Source: Bacillota bacterium (GTDB lineage: Bacteria; Bacillota; JAAYKD01). Taken from it: a DNA stretch of 64,000 bases. Made by a program: the position numbers and the translations under genes. Below, piece after piece: positions 35,397 to 47,436 of this stretch. Under the pieces are notes generated by a model. It did not search any database. It saw nothing but the letters and a program-made list of their open reading frames with translations, and was not told where the DNA came from. Position 1 is the first letter of the stretch, and each line of letters opens with the position of its first letter. Location of the stretch: assembly GCA_963666425.2 (NCBI GenBank), contig OY762825.2:2176001-2240000 (forward strand), read 5' to 3'.

Positions 35397-35585
35397 ATGG
35401 CAAAACAGATTAAAGTGACTCTATTCCGTGGTTTTGCCGGACGTACCGAAAAGCAGCGCAAAATTGCCCGGGCTTTGGGATTAACCAAACGCGAGCATGT
35501 TGTTATGCATGACGATAACCCGGTAATCCGCGGTATGATCAACAAAATCCCCCACATGTTGATTGTGGAAGAAATTGAAGAATAG
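35397..35585 (+). CDS. rpmD: 50S ribosomal protein L30
   Basis: ALGLTK, IRGMINKI; synteny. Confidence 0.95.
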   Translation: MAKQIKVTLFRGFAGRTEKQRKIARALGLTKREHVVMHDDNPVIRGMINKIPHMLIVEEIEE

Positions 35586-35597
35586 GAGGTGCCCTTC

Positions 35598-36038
35598 ATG
35601 AAACTTCATGAATTAAAACCGGCTGCTGGTTCGCATAAACCCCGTCGCCGCGTTGGACGCGGTCTGGGTTCCGGGATGGGCAAAACCTCTACCCGCGGAC
35701 ATAAAGGCCAATGGAGCCGAACCGGTGGTGGTGTACGAATTGGTTTTGAAGGCGGTCAAATGCCGATTACCAGACGGATGCCGAAGGTCGGTTTCACCAA
35801 TATTTTCAAAAAAGAATACGCGTTAGTCAACGTAAAATTCCTCGATTGCTTTGAAGCTGGTACCGAAGTGACGCCTGAACTGATGTATCAGGAAGGTCTG
35901 ATCAATAAACTCCAGTTGCCGGTAAAAGTGCTCGGCCATGGTGATTTAACAAAAGCGCTCACCGTGAAAGCTCACAAATTCTCGGCATCAGCCTTGGAGA
36001 AAATTGAAAAGGCCGGCGGCAAAGCAGAGGTGATTTAA
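35598..36038 (+). CDS. rplO: 50S ribosomal protein L15
   Basis: [19 protein letters not shown]. Confidence 0.98.
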   Translation: MKLHELKPAAGSHKPRRRVGRGLGSGMGKTSTRGHKGQWSRTGGGVRIGFEGGQMPITRRMPKVGFTNIFKKEYALVNVKFLDCFEAGTEVTPELMYQEGLINKLQLPVKVLGHGDLTKALTVKAHKFSASALEKIEKAGGKAEVI

Positions 36039-37297
36039 TGTTTAACACCTTTGTAAACGCGTGGAAAATACCGGAACAACGGAAGAAAATTCTCTATACC
36101 GGCTTGCTGATCTTCCTATTTCGTTTAGGCTGTCACATCCCGGTACCATTGGTTGATGCTACGGCAATCCGCAGCATCTTCAGTGAAAGTAATTTCTTTG
36201 GTTTCTTGAACGTGATGTCCGGCGGTGCACTCAAGCAAATGAGCTTCTTTGCGCTTGCCGTCAGCCCTTATATTACATCCTCCATTGTGGTGCAATTATT
36301 GAGCATCGTCATCCCGAAATGGGAAGAGATGTCCAAAGAGGGCGAAGAAGGCCGGAAGAAATTACAAGAGTATACCCGCTATATCACACTGCTGCTTGCT
36401 TTGATTCAAGGTTATGCTACCGCTAATTATATCGGCAGCTTAGGTGCAGTGAAAGATCCTGGATTCTATTCCTATTGTGTGATCGCTCTTACCTTTACTG
36501 CCGGCACAATTCTTTTGATGTGGATGGCGGAAACGATTGGCGAAAAAGGCGTTGGCAATGGTGTTTCTCTCCTGATTTTTGCAGGTATCATCTCGCAAAT
36601 GCCGGATGCTGTGGTCACTATGGTCAAAGGTGTCATTGCTGGCACTACTCCTTGGTGGGGCATGGCGATTCTCATCGTGATCGCTGCCGTGAGCGTAGTA
36701 GGTATTGTTTTTGTCACCCAGGGCACCCGGAAAATTCCGGTGCAATATGCCAAACGTGTGGTTGGCCGTAAGGTCTATGGTGGACAAAACACACATATTC
36801 CTTTCAAAATCAATCAAGCCGGTGTCTTACCTGTTATTTTTGCCTCCAGTTTGTTGATGTTTCCGGAAACGATTCTGCAATTCGTCAACGCCAGCTGGGC
36901 AGAGAAAGTCAGTTCATTTATGGGCACTGGTACCTGGTTCCATACAATCTTGTATGTGCTTCTCATTTTCTTCTTCTCTTTCTTCTATACGATGATCCAA
37001 TTCAATCCGATTGATACTGCGAAAAACATGCAGAAGAATGGCGGATTTATTCCCGGGATTCGTCCCGGTAAACCGACTTCTGATTTTCTTAGCCGTATCA
37101 TGAGCCGTCTTACGGTTGTAGGCGCTGTTTTCCTTTGCGCTTTGGTTCTACTGCCAATGATGTTGTCTGCTGTCACGACCATGAAAACCGGTTTCGGCGG
37201 AACAACCATTTTAATTGCAATCAGTGTGGCTTTGGAAACGATTAAAGCGATTGAAGCTCAAGTAATGCAGCGTCATTACAAAGGTTTCTTACAATAG
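36038..37297 (+). CDS. secY: Preprotein translocase subunit SecY
   Basis: PYITSSIV, G.GNGVSL, FIPGIRPG; multiple TM helices. Confidence 0.98.
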   Translation: MFNTFVNAWKIPEQRKKILYTGLLIFLFRLGCHIPVPLVDATAIRSIFSESNFFGFLNVMSGGALKQMSFFALAVSPYITSSIVVQLLSIVIPKWEEMSKEGEEGRKKLQEYTRYITLLLALIQGYATANYIGSLGAVKDPGFYSYCVIALTFTAGTILLMWMAETIGEKGVGNGVSLLIFAGIISQMPDAVVTMVKGVIAGTTPWWGMAILIVIAAVSVVGIVFVTQGTRKIPVQYAKRVVGRKVYGGQNTHIPFKINQAGVLPVIFASSLLMFPETILQFVNASWAEKVSSFMGTGTWFHTILYVLLIFFFSFFYTMIQFNPIDTAKNMQKNGGFIPGIRPGKPTSDFLSRIMSRLTVVGAVFLCALVLLPMMLSAVTTMKTGFGGTTILIAISVALETIKAIEAQVMQRHYKGFLQ

Positions 37298-38724
<1,427 letters not shown>

Positions 38725-38765
38725 TTTGAATTGTAAGATTTTAGAGGAGGATTGAGCTATAAAAT

Positions 38766-38984
38766 ATGTCCAAAGAGGATGTAATCGAAGTAGAAGGCAA
38801 AGTTGTGGAACCATTGCCCAATGCAATGTTCCGGGTTCAGTTGGAAAACGGTCATATCGTATTAGCACATGTGTCCGGCAAGTTGAAACTGAACTTTATC
38901 CGTATCCTCACGGGAGATAAGGTGAAGTTAGAGATTTCACCTTACGATCTCAGTCGAGGCCGCATTACCTATCGGTTGAAGTAA
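38766..38984 (+). CDS. infA: Translation initiation factor IF-1
   Basis: [17 protein letters not shown]. Confidence 0.98.
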   Translation: MSKEDVIEVEGKVVEPLPNAMFRVQLENGHIVLAHVSGKLKLNFIRILTGDKVKLEISPYDLSRGRITYRLK

Positions 38985-39010
38985 CCTAAAACCTAAGGAG
39001 GTAAAAACCC

Positions 39011-39124
39011 ATGAAGGTTCGGCCGTCTGTTAAAAAGATGTGTGAAAAATGCAAGATCATTAAGCGCCATGGTCGTGTTATGGTGATCTGTGAGAATCCC
39101 AAACATAAACAAACACAAGGTTAA
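39011..39124 (+). CDS. rpmJ: 50S ribosomal protein L36
   Basis: Read manually: [37 protein letters not shown]; RBS AAGGAGG. Confidence 0.97.
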   Translation: MKVRPSVKKMCEKCKIIKRHGRVMVICENPKHKQTQG

Positions 39125-39207
39125 CCAAGCACAAAGAGCAAAGGGCTTCTGTAAAACATCATGGCTCTTGACTGCTTTATGCAAGTCAATGGAGGTGTAC
39201 GACAAGT

Positions 39208-39576
39208 ATGGCACGTATTGCCGGTGTAGATTTACCCAGAGAGAAACGTGTAGAAATCGGATTAACGTATATCTTTGGCATTGGTCTTTCAAGATCAAGA
39301 AAGATTCTGGGACAAACCGGAATCAGCCCCGATACCCGTGTTCGCGACTTAACTGAAGGTGACGTAGCGAAATTACGTGAGGTTCTCGACCACGATTATA
39401 AGGTCGAAGGGGATTTACGGCGTGAAGTGACCGCCAGTATCAAACGCCTGGTAGACATAGGCTGCTACCGTGGCATCCGACATCGCCGCGGCCTGCCGGT
39501 AAGAGGACAGCGCACCAAAACCAATGCGAGAACGCGCAAAGGCCCACGTCGCTCCATGTCCGGTAAAAGGAAATAA
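39208..39576 (+). CDS. rpsM: 30S ribosomal protein S13
   Basis: [21 protein letters not shown]. Confidence 0.99.
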   Translation: MARIAGVDLPREKRVEIGLTYIFGIGLSRSRKILGQTGISPDTRVRDLTEGDVAKLREVLDHDYKVEGDLRREVTASIKRLVDIGCYRGIRHRRGLPVRGQRTKTNARTRKGPRRSMSGKRK

Positions 39577-39609
39577 GCGGTAAAACCCCAAAGGAGGGAT
39601 TAGCGATAA

Positions 39610-40002
39610 ATGGCTAAGGCAAAAGCTGTTCGCACCAAACGTCGTGAACGTAAAAACATTGAGTTCGGCGTTGCGCACATTCAATCTACCTTCAACAATA
39701 CCATTGTTACCATTACTGATCGAACCGGTAATGCAATTTCCTGGGCTACTGCCGGGGGAATGGGTTTTAAAGGTTCTAAAAAGAGTACTCCCTTTGCTGC
39801 TCAACAAGCTGCAGAGAAAGCTGCTGCAGCTGCGATGGAACATGGTATGAAAGAAGTAGAAGTATTGGTCAAAGGACCCGGTTCCGGCCGTGAAGCGGCA
39901 ATTCGTCAGCTTCAAACGTCCGGTTTGAACATCAGTCTGATCAAAGATGTTACATCAATTCCCCATAATGGCTGCCGGCCACCCAAACGGCGCCGCGTTT
40001 AA
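39610..40002 (+). CDS. rpsK: 30S ribosomal protein S11
   Basis: [18 protein letters not shown]. Confidence 0.99.
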   Translation: MAKAKAVRTKRRERKNIEFGVAHIQSTFNNTIVTITDRTGNAISWATAGGMGFKGSKKSTPFAAQQAAEKAAAAAMEHGMKEVEVLVKGPGSGREAAIRQLQTSGLNISLIKDVTSIPHNGCRPPKRRRV

Positions 40003-40022
40003 TCTGAAGGAGGAAAAGTTAT

Positions 40023-40652
40023 ATGGCTAGATATACCGGACCTGTCTGCAGATTGTGCCGCCGCGAGGGCATTAAGCTCTTCTTGAAGAGTGAACGTTGC
40101 TATACCGGCAAGTGCGCTCTGGAGCGCCGTGCAACGATTCCTGGACAACATGGACAGGGTCGCCGCGGTAAAGTATCTGACTATGGTCTGCATCTGCGCG
40201 AGAAACAAAAAGCCCGCCGTATTTATGGCATTTTGGAAAGTCAATTCCACCGTTACTTCGCCCTTGCCAAACGTAAAAAAGGTGTTGCCGGTGAAAACTT
40301 ATTACAATTACTGGAATGCCGTTTAGATAACGTAGTTTATCGTCTTGGCTTTGCCGGCAATCGAATTGAAGCCCGCCAGTTGGTTCGACATGGACACTTC
40401 AAAGTGAATGGTCGTCGGGTGGATATTCCTTCCTACATTTTGAAAGTAAACGATGTCGTTGAAATCAGATCCAAGAGTCGGGCCAGTACTAAGTTCGTTG
40501 GTCTGGTGGAGGCACTCGGAGCAAAAGCCGTGGTGTCTTGGCTGCAATTGGATGTTGAGAATTTAAAGGGTTCGGTTTTGCGCATTCCGAGCCGTGAAGA
40601 AATTGACATACCGGTAGCCGAAAACCTGATCATCGAGTTTTACTCCCGTTAA
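40023..40652 (+). CDS. rpsD: 30S ribosomal protein S4 (Cys-containing type)
   Basis: [24 protein letters not shown]. Confidence 0.98.
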   Translation: MARYTGPVCRLCRREGIKLFLKSERCYTGKCALERRATIPGQHGQGRRGKVSDYGLHLREKQKARRIYGILESQFHRYFALAKRKKGVAGENLLQLLECRLDNVVYRLGFAGNRIEARQLVRHGHFKVNGRRVDIPSYILKVNDVVEIRSKSRASTKFVGLVEALGAKAVVSWLQLDVENLKGSVLRIPSREEIDIPVAENLIIEFYSR

Positions 40653-40682
40653 TGCATCGGGAACAAGTAGGAGGGTTGGCCT

Positions 40683-41642
40683 ATGTTGGAGAAATTTGAT
40701 CGCCCAAAAATTGAAATTGTCTCCATAGCGAGTGACGATCGCTATGGGAAGTTTTGTGTGGAACCTCTCCAACGGGGTTACGGACACACTTTAGGCAATT
40801 CTCTTCGTCGTATCCTCCTTTCAAGTATCGACGGAGCCGCAGTTACTGCGGTTCGGATTCAGGGGGTTGAGCATGAATTCACGACGCTTCCGGGAATGCT
40901 GGAAGATATCACGGAATTCGTACTGAACCTGAAGGAACTTCGCCTCAGAATCTTCAGTGATGAAGTGAAAACGTTACGAATTGAAGCGCAGGGTGAAGGA
41001 ATCGTTAAAGCAGGAGATTTGAAGCTGGATGCTGATGTGGAAGTCTTAAATCCGGAACTGAAACTGGCGACATTGGATACCGACGGTCGTCTCTTTGCCG
41101 AATTAACGGCAGAGAGAGGGCGCGGATATGTATCGGCCGACCGGAATAAGAAGAACGATACAACGATTGGTACTATTTGGGTTGACTCTATTTTTTCACC
41201 CATTATCCGCGTGAATTACGTTGTTGAAAATGCGCGTGTCGGTCAAGTCACAGACTTTGATAAGCTAACGCTCGAAGTTTGGACCGATGGCAGCATCAAA
41301 CCGCAGGAAGCAGTCAGCAACGGGGCTCAAATCATCTGCGATTTATTGAATCCTTTTGTCGCCTTGACGGAGACTCATACGGAAGCAGAGGAATCTGTGA
41401 TCCATGAAGCCGGCGAGACGAGACAGAAGGAAGATAAATTGCGCATGACGATTGAAGATCTGGACCTATCGGTTCGTTCCTACAATTGTTTAAAGCGGGC
41501 GGGTATCAATTCGGTATCTGAATTAGTCAACCGTACTGAAGATGATATGATGAAAGTGCGCAATCTGGGAAGAAAGTCTTTGGAAGAAGTTATTATCAAA
41601 CTTCAAGTCCTTGGCTTATCCTTAAGGAAACAGGAAGAATAA
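40683..41642 (+). CDS. rpoA: RNA polymerase alpha subunit
   Basis: [30 protein letters not shown]. Confidence 0.99.
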   Translation: MLEKFDRPKIEIVSIASDDRYGKFCVEPLQRGYGHTLGNSLRRILLSSIDGAAVTAVRIQGVEHEFTTLPGMLEDITEFVLNLKELRLRIFSDEVKTLRIEAQGEGIVKAGDLKLDADVEVLNPELKLATLDTDGRLFAELTAERGRGYVSADRNKKNDTTIGTIWVDSIFSPIIRVNYVVENARVGQVTDFDKLTLEVWTDGSIKPQEAVSNGAQIICDLLNPFVALTETHTEAEESVIHEAGETRQKEDKLRMTIEDLDLSVRSYNCLKRAGINSVSELVNRTEDDMMKVRNLGRKSLEEVIIKLQVLGLSLRKQEE

Positions 41643-41664
41643 AAGTGACGAAGGAGGGAGAACC

Positions 41665-42033
41665 ATGGGCTATCGTAAATTAGGTCGTAATACCGGTCAT
41701 CGTAAAGCCCTTCTCCGTAACCTGGTGACTTCATTATTGGAAATGGAACAAATTGAAACCACGGAAACCCGTGCAAAAGAAGTTCGTTCCATTGCTGAAA
41801 AAATGATTACCTTGGGTAAAAGAGGAGATCTCCATGCTCGCCGTCAGGCTGCCGCATATCTTACCAAAGAGAGTGTAGCAAAGAAAGTCTTTGACGACGT
41901 AGCAAAACGTTGTGCGACCCGCCCAGGCGGCTATACACGAATTTTGAAATTAGGTCCCCGGCGCGGGGATGCTGCCCCTATGGTGCTGCTGCAATTGGTG
42001 GACGGCAAAGTAGAAGCAGCCAAAAAGGAATAA
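41665..42033 (+). CDS. rplQ: 50S ribosomal protein L17
   Basis: RKLGR, GGYTRI, RRGD. Confidence 0.98.
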   Translation: MGYRKLGRNTGHRKALLRNLVTSLLEMEQIETTETRAKEVRSIAEKMITLGKRGDLHARRQAAAYLTKESVAKKVFDDVAKRCATRPGGYTRILKLGPRRGDAAPMVLLQLVDGKVEAAKKE

Positions 42034-42037
42034 TAAC

Positions 42038-42883
42038 ATGACAGGCCAAACTCTGCTGATAGAAACCAGGAACTTGAGCCATACGTTTCAAGGTCCGGAA
42101 AATCAGGAGATTCAAGCGCTTGATTCTGTTAACTTGACAATCTATTCCGGGGAATTTGTGGTGATTTTAGGTGCCAACGGTTCCGGTAAGTCTACTTTAG
42201 CCAAACACTTGAACGCTCTCTTGCTTCCAACAGAAGGAACTGTGTGGGTGGATGGCTTGGATACTGCCAGCGAGGAAGCACTTTGGACGATTCGGCAAAA
42301 TGTCGGGATGGTCTTTCAAAACCCAGACAATCAGATCGTGGCAACCATCGTAGAAGATGATGTCGCTTTCGGTCCGGAAAACTTAGGGCTTCCCCCTGCT
42401 CTCATCCGTGAGCGGGTTGCGGAAGCCCTTGTCATGGTTGGCATGAGTGAATTCAGGCAGCATGCTCCTCATTTACTATCCGGCGGTCAGAAACAACGTG
42501 TGGCAATTGCCGGAATTGTTGCGATGCGTCCGAAAGTGGTCGTTTTGGATGAAGCCACTGCCATGTTGGATCCACAGGGCCGCAGGGAAGTCATGGCTGC
42601 GATTCAACGGCTGCGCAGTGAAGGAATGACCGTGATTCTGATCACTCATCACATGAACGAAGCGGTGATGGCGGATCGGATCATTCTGCTGGATCAGGGT
42701 CGGATTGTTGATCAAGGCACACCGCATGATATTTTTCAAAAACGAGAGCAAATGAAGGCATTGGGTTTGGATATTCCCCAGATAGCGCAATTGGCGGCAT
42801 TGCTGAAGGCCGATCATCTGATCGAGCGCGATGATTTGCTCAGTGTGGAAGAGATGGTGAAGCAATTATGTCCATCATCTTAA
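42038..42883 (+). CDS. ecfA1: ECF transporter ATPase A
   Basis: GANGSGKST, FQNPDNQ, LSGGQKQR. Confidence 0.93.
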   Translation: MTGQTLLIETRNLSHTFQGPENQEIQALDSVNLTIYSGEFVVILGANGSGKSTLAKHLNALLLPTEGTVWVDGLDTASEEALWTIRQNVGMVFQNPDNQIVATIVEDDVAFGPENLGLPPALIRERVAEALVMVGMSEFRQHAPHLLSGGQKQRVAIAGIVAMRPKVVVLDEATAMLDPQGRREVMAAIQRLRSEGMTVILITHHMNEAVMADRIILLDQGRIVDQGTPHDIFQKREQMKALGLDIPQIAQLAALLKADHLIERDDLLSVEEMVKQLCPSS

Positions 42884-43725
42884 AAAACGTCGGACTGGTC
42901 TACAGCCCCGGCACTCCTTTTGCTGCCTTTGCCTTACAAGAGATCAATTTGGAAATCGGCAGCGGCAAGCTGGTGGCAATCATTGGGCATACCGGTTCCG
43001 GAAAATCAACGCTCGTGCAGGTCATGGCCGGTCTGGAGCAGCCCAGCAGCGGCGAAGTGATACTGGACGATATTGTCTTGTACAAAAGAAATACAGATAG
43101 AAAACAACTGCGCAGGAAAGTCGGTATGGTCTTTCAATACCCGGAGCATCAGTTATTTGAAGAAACCGTCGAAAAAGAACTCGCATTCGGTTTGCTGAAG
43201 CAGGGCAGAAGTGAAGAAGAGATTCGCGTTCAAATGGAAAAGGCGATGCAATTTGCCCAATTAGCACCGGATTTGCTCAGCCGGTCTCCTTTTGAATTAT
43301 CCGGCGGTCAAATGCGGCGCTTAGCGATTGCCTCCGTCATTGCGATGGAGCCGGATTATCTGATCATGGATGAACCGACAGCCGGTCTCGATCCGGCTGG
43401 CAGGGACGAGATCTTGAGCGGTTTGGCTAAATGGCAGCGTCAAACGAAGAAGACGGTCATCTTAGTCTCCCACAGTATGGAGGATGTTGCGAAACTGGCA
43501 GAGGAAATTCTCGTCTTAACCGATGGTCGTTTAGTAATGTCGGGCGATACGAAGAGCATCTTTGCACGTGGGGAAGAACTGCAGCAAGTGGGACTCGATG
43601 TCCCGCAGGTAACCGCTTTGATGATGGAACTGAAACGGAAAGGTTGGCCAGTTCCCACCGATGTGATCAGTGTGGAAGAAGCTTATGCCAGCATTTCTGC
43701 ACTGCTCAGGAGGGGAAGGCCATGA
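42868..43725 (+). CDS. ecfA2: ECF transporter ATPase A'
   Basis: GHTGSGKST, FQYPEHQLF, LSGGQMRR. Confidence 0.93.
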   Translation: MSIILKNVGLVYSPGTPFAAFALQEINLEIGSGKLVAIIGHTGSGKSTLVQVMAGLEQPSSGEVILDDIVLYKRNTDRKQLRRKVGMVFQYPEHQLFEETVEKELAFGLLKQGRSEEEIRVQMEKAMQFAQLAPDLLSRSPFELSGGQMRRLAIASVIAMEPDYLIMDEPTAGLDPAGRDEILSGLAKWQRQTKKTVILVSHSMEDVAKLAEEILVLTDGRLVMSGDTKSIFARGEELQQVGLDVPQVTALMMELKRKGWPVPTDVISVEEAYASISALLRRGRP

Positions 43726-44558
43726 ATTTATTACGGGGTGTAACCATTGGCCAGCATTATCCTCTCAATTCACCGATTCACCATCTGGACCCGCGCTTTA
43801 AAATCTGCTTTGTATTTCTCTATATTACGGCCCTGTTTACCGCCAGCGGGCCGCTCGCTTACGCAGTCCTGCTTCTGTTTTGTTTATTGATCATCTATCT
43901 GTCTAAAATCCCTTTTAAGCTGATTTTGCGTGGGCTGAAGCCTGTCCTATGGATCGTTGGCTTTACCCTGCTCCTGCACAGTTTTAGCACCGCTGAGGGA
44001 GAGATCCTCTGGCAATGGTGGCGGTTTACTCTTTACAGCGGCGGTATCCTGCGCGGTGTGATGATGTCAAGCCGTCTGATTCTGCTGATCAGTACGACCT
44101 CGCTGCTGACCTTAACTACCTCGCCCATTGCCCTAACCGACGGCTTGGAAGTGTTGATGAAGCCGCTGCAGCGTTTTGGTTTACCGGCTCATGAATTGGC
44201 GATGATGATGACCATTGCTTTGCGTTTTGTACCGACGCTGATTGAAGAAGCGGATAAGATCATCAAAGCGCAGACAGCCAGAGGTGCGGATTTTGAACAG
44301 GGCGGTTTGATCGCCCGTGCCAAAAATCTGCTGCCTGTCTTGGTCCCTCTCTTTATCAGCGCCTTTCGCCGAGCCGATGATCTCGCCATGGCGATGGAAG
44401 CGCGCTGTTATCGCGGCGGTGAACACCGTACCCGCATGAAAGAATTGAAAAGCGGCAGCAATGATTGGATAGCCTTGCTGATTCTCCTGGCTCTCTTTGC
44501 GCTCGTTCTTACACTCAGACTGACAGGGATGGATGTCTGGCAGGTTGCGGGGAACTAA
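43722..44558 (+). CDS. ecfT: ECF transporter transmembrane subunit T
   Basis: LDPR.K, IALRFVP, AQTARG and MEARCY motifs; real start is ATG 43722. Confidence 0.93.
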   Translation: MNLLRGVTIGQHYPLNSPIHHLDPRFKICFVFLYITALFTASGPLAYAVLLLFCLLIIYLSKIPFKLILRGLKPVLWIVGFTLLLHSFSTAEGEILWQWWRFTLYSGGILRGVMMSSRLILLISTTSLLTLTTSPIALTDGLEVLMKPLQRFGLPAHELAMMMTIALRFVPTLIEEADKIIKAQTARGADFEQGGLIARAKNLLPVLVPLFISAFRRADDLAMAMEARCYRGGEHRTRMKELKSGSNDWIALLILLALFALVLTLRLTGMDVWQVAGN

Positions 44559-44559
44559 A

Positions 44560-45336
44560 ATGAAGACCATTCGTTTGAATATACAGTATGACGGCAGCAG
44601 GTATCATGGCTGGCAGCGTCAGCCAAATGTTTTGACGATCCAGCAGCTGATTGAAGAAGCCATCACACAGTTAAGCGGTGAAAGCGTTATTCTCAACGGG
44701 GCAGGCCGTACCGATGCCGGCGTACATGCGATGGATCAATGGGCTCAATTTAAAACAGAAAGCCGCATTCCACCGGAAAAGTGGTATCCGGCGCTGAATA
44801 GCATCCTGCCCGGAGATATCCGTATCATGCATTCCGAAATGTGTGAACCGCTTTGGCATGCCCGTTTTGTACCGCATCAGAAGACCTATCGATATACGAT
44901 TGAAACAGCTCAGGTGGTTTCTCCTTTTCGGCAGGCGTATGTTTGGCATCGCCGTGGAGATTTGCCATTCGTCCGCCTGCAGGCGGCGGCTGAGTTGGTG
45001 CTGGGAGAGCATGATTTCAGTGCTTTCTGTGCGGCACACAGCGAAGTGAAGAATAAAGTGCGCCGGATTGCCGCCTCGGAGTGGCGGCAGGAAGAAACGC
45101 GTTTGATCTACAGTATCACCGGAAACGGATTTCTTTATAACATGGTCCGTCTGTTGGTTGGATTTATGGTGGAAATTGCCTCCGGAAAGCGGGAGCTGCA
45201 GCAAATGCAGAGTTTTCTTACCGCTGCCTGCCAAAGCAAAGCCAGCTTTACGGTACCGCCGCAGGGACTTTGTCTGTATGAGATAGTTTATGAAGAAATG
45301 CCTGCACTACTTGACATAAGCACAAATATTGACTAA
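44560..45336 (+). CDS. truA: tRNA pseudouridine(38-40) synthase
   Basis: YDGS.YHGWQ, AGRTDAGVHA, GFLYNMVR. Confidence 0.96.
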   Translation: MKTIRLNIQYDGSRYHGWQRQPNVLTIQQLIEEAITQLSGESVILNGAGRTDAGVHAMDQWAQFKTESRIPPEKWYPALNSILPGDIRIMHSEMCEPLWHARFVPHQKTYRYTIETAQVVSPFRQAYVWHRRGDLPFVRLQAAAELVLGEHDFSAFCAAHSEVKNKVRRIAASEWRQEETRLIYSITGNGFLYNMVRLLVGFMVEIASGKRELQQMQSFLTAACQSKASFTVPPQGLCLYEIVYEEMPALLDISTNID

Positions 45337-45400
45337 AATAGTAATGTTCTGTATTTCTGTCATCCGGTAACCCCGATATCTGACGGCAGAAAGCGAAAAA
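45311..45400 (+). promoter_or_regulatory. rplM-rpsI promoter (inside the truA 3' end) and probable L13 leader
   Basis: TTGACA-17-TAAAAT at 45311-45339; downstream hairpin containing CCCCG. Confidence 0.6.
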
Positions 45401-45442
45401 CCCAAGATACAACAACTTTGAAAAATAAACGGAGGGAATACC

Positions 45443-45883
45443 GTGCGTACGACCTATATGGCCAAATCTTCTGAAGTGATCGACAAATGGTGGATCATTG
45501 ATGCAAGTGGTTTGGTGTTGGGACGCGTTGCAGCCGATGTGGCAGCGATTCTGCGTGGCAAACACAAACCAACCTTTACTCCTCACGTCAATTGCGGTGA
45601 TCATGTGATCATTATCAATGCCGACAAAATTGTTCTGACCGGTAATAAATTGGATCAGAAATTTGACGAGCATTATTCCGGATATTGGAGCGGTTTAAAG
45701 CGCGTTCCTTATCGTATTCTCATGGACAAGCATCCTGAACGTGCTTTGGAAAATGCCGTCAAAGGCATGTTGCCGCATACTCGTCTTGGCAAACAAATGA
45801 TGAAAAAATGCCGCATCTACGCCAGCCCTGAACATCCCCACGAAGCACAATGCCCTGAAGTCTGGGCAATCGGCAACAAATAA
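45443..45883 (+). CDS. rplM: 50S ribosomal protein L13
   Basis: LRGKHKP.FTP, AVKGMLP. Confidence 0.98.
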   Translation: MRTTYMAKSSEVIDKWWIIDASGLVLGRVAADVAAILRGKHKPTFTPHVNCGDHVIIINADKIVLTGNKLDQKFDEHYSGYWSGLKRVPYRILMDKHPERALENAVKGMLPHTRLGKQMMKKCRIYASPEHPHEAQCPEVWAIGNK

Positions 45884-45901
45884 CGAAAGGGAGAAACGAC
45901 A

Positions 45902-46300
45902 GTGGTACAATATCGCATTAAAAATTATGGTACCGGCCGCCGCAAAAGTTCTGTGGCTCGGGTTCGTTTGATTCCCGGAACCGGTAATATCATCGTAAAT
46001 AATCGTGGCATTGACGAATATTTTGGTCTTGCTACCCTAAAGCTAATCATTCGCCAACCCTTGGTCCTCACCAAGACCGAAGGCGACTATGATGTCATCT
46101 GCAAAGTGGAGGGCGGCGGTAATTCCGGTCAAGCCGGTGCGATCCGTCATGGCATCTCCCGCGCGCTCTGCTCGATCGACGCGGAAATGCGTCCGATCTT
46201 GAAAAAGGCTGGTTTTCTTACCCGTGATCAACGGATGAAAGAACGTAAGAAATATGGCTTAAAGAAAGCACGCAAAGCGCCGCAATTCTCCAAACGTTAA
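45902..46300 (+). CDS. rpsI: 30S ribosomal protein S9
   Basis: [24 protein letters not shown]. Confidence 0.99.
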   Translation: MVQYRIKNYGTGRRKSSVARVRLIPGTGNIIVNNRGIDEYFGLATLKLIIRQPLVLTKTEGDYDVICKVEGGGNSGQAGAIRHGISRALCSIDAEMRPILKKAGFLTRDQRMKERKKYGLKKARKAPQFSKR

Positions 46301-46334
46301 TTCTCCCGCAAACAAAACTTACGAACAAAACACG

Positions 46335-46373
46335 AGCAGCTATCGGATTTGTGGAATCCGACAGCTGCTTTTT
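46335..46373 (+). terminator. Intrinsic terminator after rpsI
   Basis: AGCAGCTATCGGATT...AATCCGACAGCTGCT-TTTT. Confidence 0.75.
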
Positions 46374-46583
46374 GTCTGTACAAAATTTGGTCAATGGTTT
46401 TTTCCGGCTCGGGATTGTCGGACGATTAGAGCTAATTAGATTGCATAAAAAATAAAGCTGAGAAATAGTTATAATATTTAGAAGGAATTTTAAAAAAAGT
46501 GTCAAAAGAATATACAAAGACCTACTGACAGAGATGGCGATCACAAAGTTTGCCAAATCACAGCGAATCGAAGGAGGAAAAAA

Positions 46584-47432
46584 ATGAAACCATTGATCCT
46601 GATCACGGGGGAAGACGAATTTGATCCCAAATCGCACAACCCATTTTATCTGATTAAGCGCAGCTATGGCACGGCAGTGGCCGGCGCGGGCGGCACGGCC
46701 GTGATGCCGCTGGACCCGGCGCAGTGGGCGAGTTATGCCGAAATGGCGGATGGATTGCTGCTGACCGGCGGCGTGGATGTCCATCCGGCACGTTATAATG
46801 ATATCTTTATGGATTACGATCCGAATTCCGGAGCACCGGCGCCTTTTGTTATCAGCGTCACCCGGGATTCCATGGATATCCTGCTTTGCCAGGCATTTTT
46901 GCGGGCGGGTAAGCCAATCATGGGAATCGGACGCGGTTTGCAGGTGATCAATGTCGTTTTAGGCGGCACGATGGTCCAAGATATTGCGATTTTACTGCAG
47001 CAGGAACACCCGATTGGCCAGCACCACTGGGTTTCCACTACAGCCGGCAGTCAAATGCAGCAATTACTGGGAGAGAAGCTGGAAGTAAACAGTTATCATC
47101 ACATGGCAGTCAAGACGTTGGGTAATAATCTCAGCGTCAGCGCCTGGTCCGAAGATGGTCTGATCGAAGCCATCGAACATACCAGCCTGCCTGTTTTTGC
47201 GGTGCAGTGGCATCCGGAGACTTATCACACTGACGACGAAGAAATTCGAGCCCTGCATGCCGGTGTGACAGAACCGATCATGACGCTGGATGTCGAAGAA
47301 CTCGCAAAGCAGATCACGGCGACCGAACATAAAAAAGCCATTCCGGGTACTAAGACCGATGCGGATGTGGAATTGCCAACCGATAACGCATTGTTTAACT
47401 ACTTTATTGCTTTATGTCAAAAGGAGGGCTAA
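46584..47432 (+). CDS. Peptidase C26 / PuuD-like class I GATase-fold protein A1, nucleophile Cys replaced by Gly
   Basis: DGLLLTGG.DVHP..Y, PIMGIGRGLQ.INV..GG, VNSYHH, AVQWHPE. Confidence 0.85.
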   Translation: MKPLILITGEDEFDPKSHNPFYLIKRSYGTAVAGAGGTAVMPLDPAQWASYAEMADGLLLTGGVDVHPARYNDIFMDYDPNSGAPAPFVISVTRDSMDILLCQAFLRAGKPIMGIGRGLQVINVVLGGTMVQDIAILLQQEHPIGQHHWVSTTAGSQMQQLLGEKLEVNSYHHMAVKTLGNNLSVSAWSEDGLIEAIEHTSLPVFAVQWHPETYHTDDEEIRALHAGVTEPIMTLDVEELAKQITATEHKKAIPGTKTDADVELPTDNALFNYFIALCQKEG

Positions 47433-47436
47433 TAAA

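Noticed and set aside
46486-46500. CodY-like boxes here and at 50049-50063
   Set aside because: Three mismatches each to AATTTTCWGAAAATT in very AT-rich DNA; not distinguishable from chance
47290-47436. Open +1 frame with an AAAAAAG run suggesting an A-B frameshift fusion (also 48946-49092)
   Set aside because: The run is not in canonical slippery phase, B has its own strong RBS and GTG, and the two copies are not independent evidence
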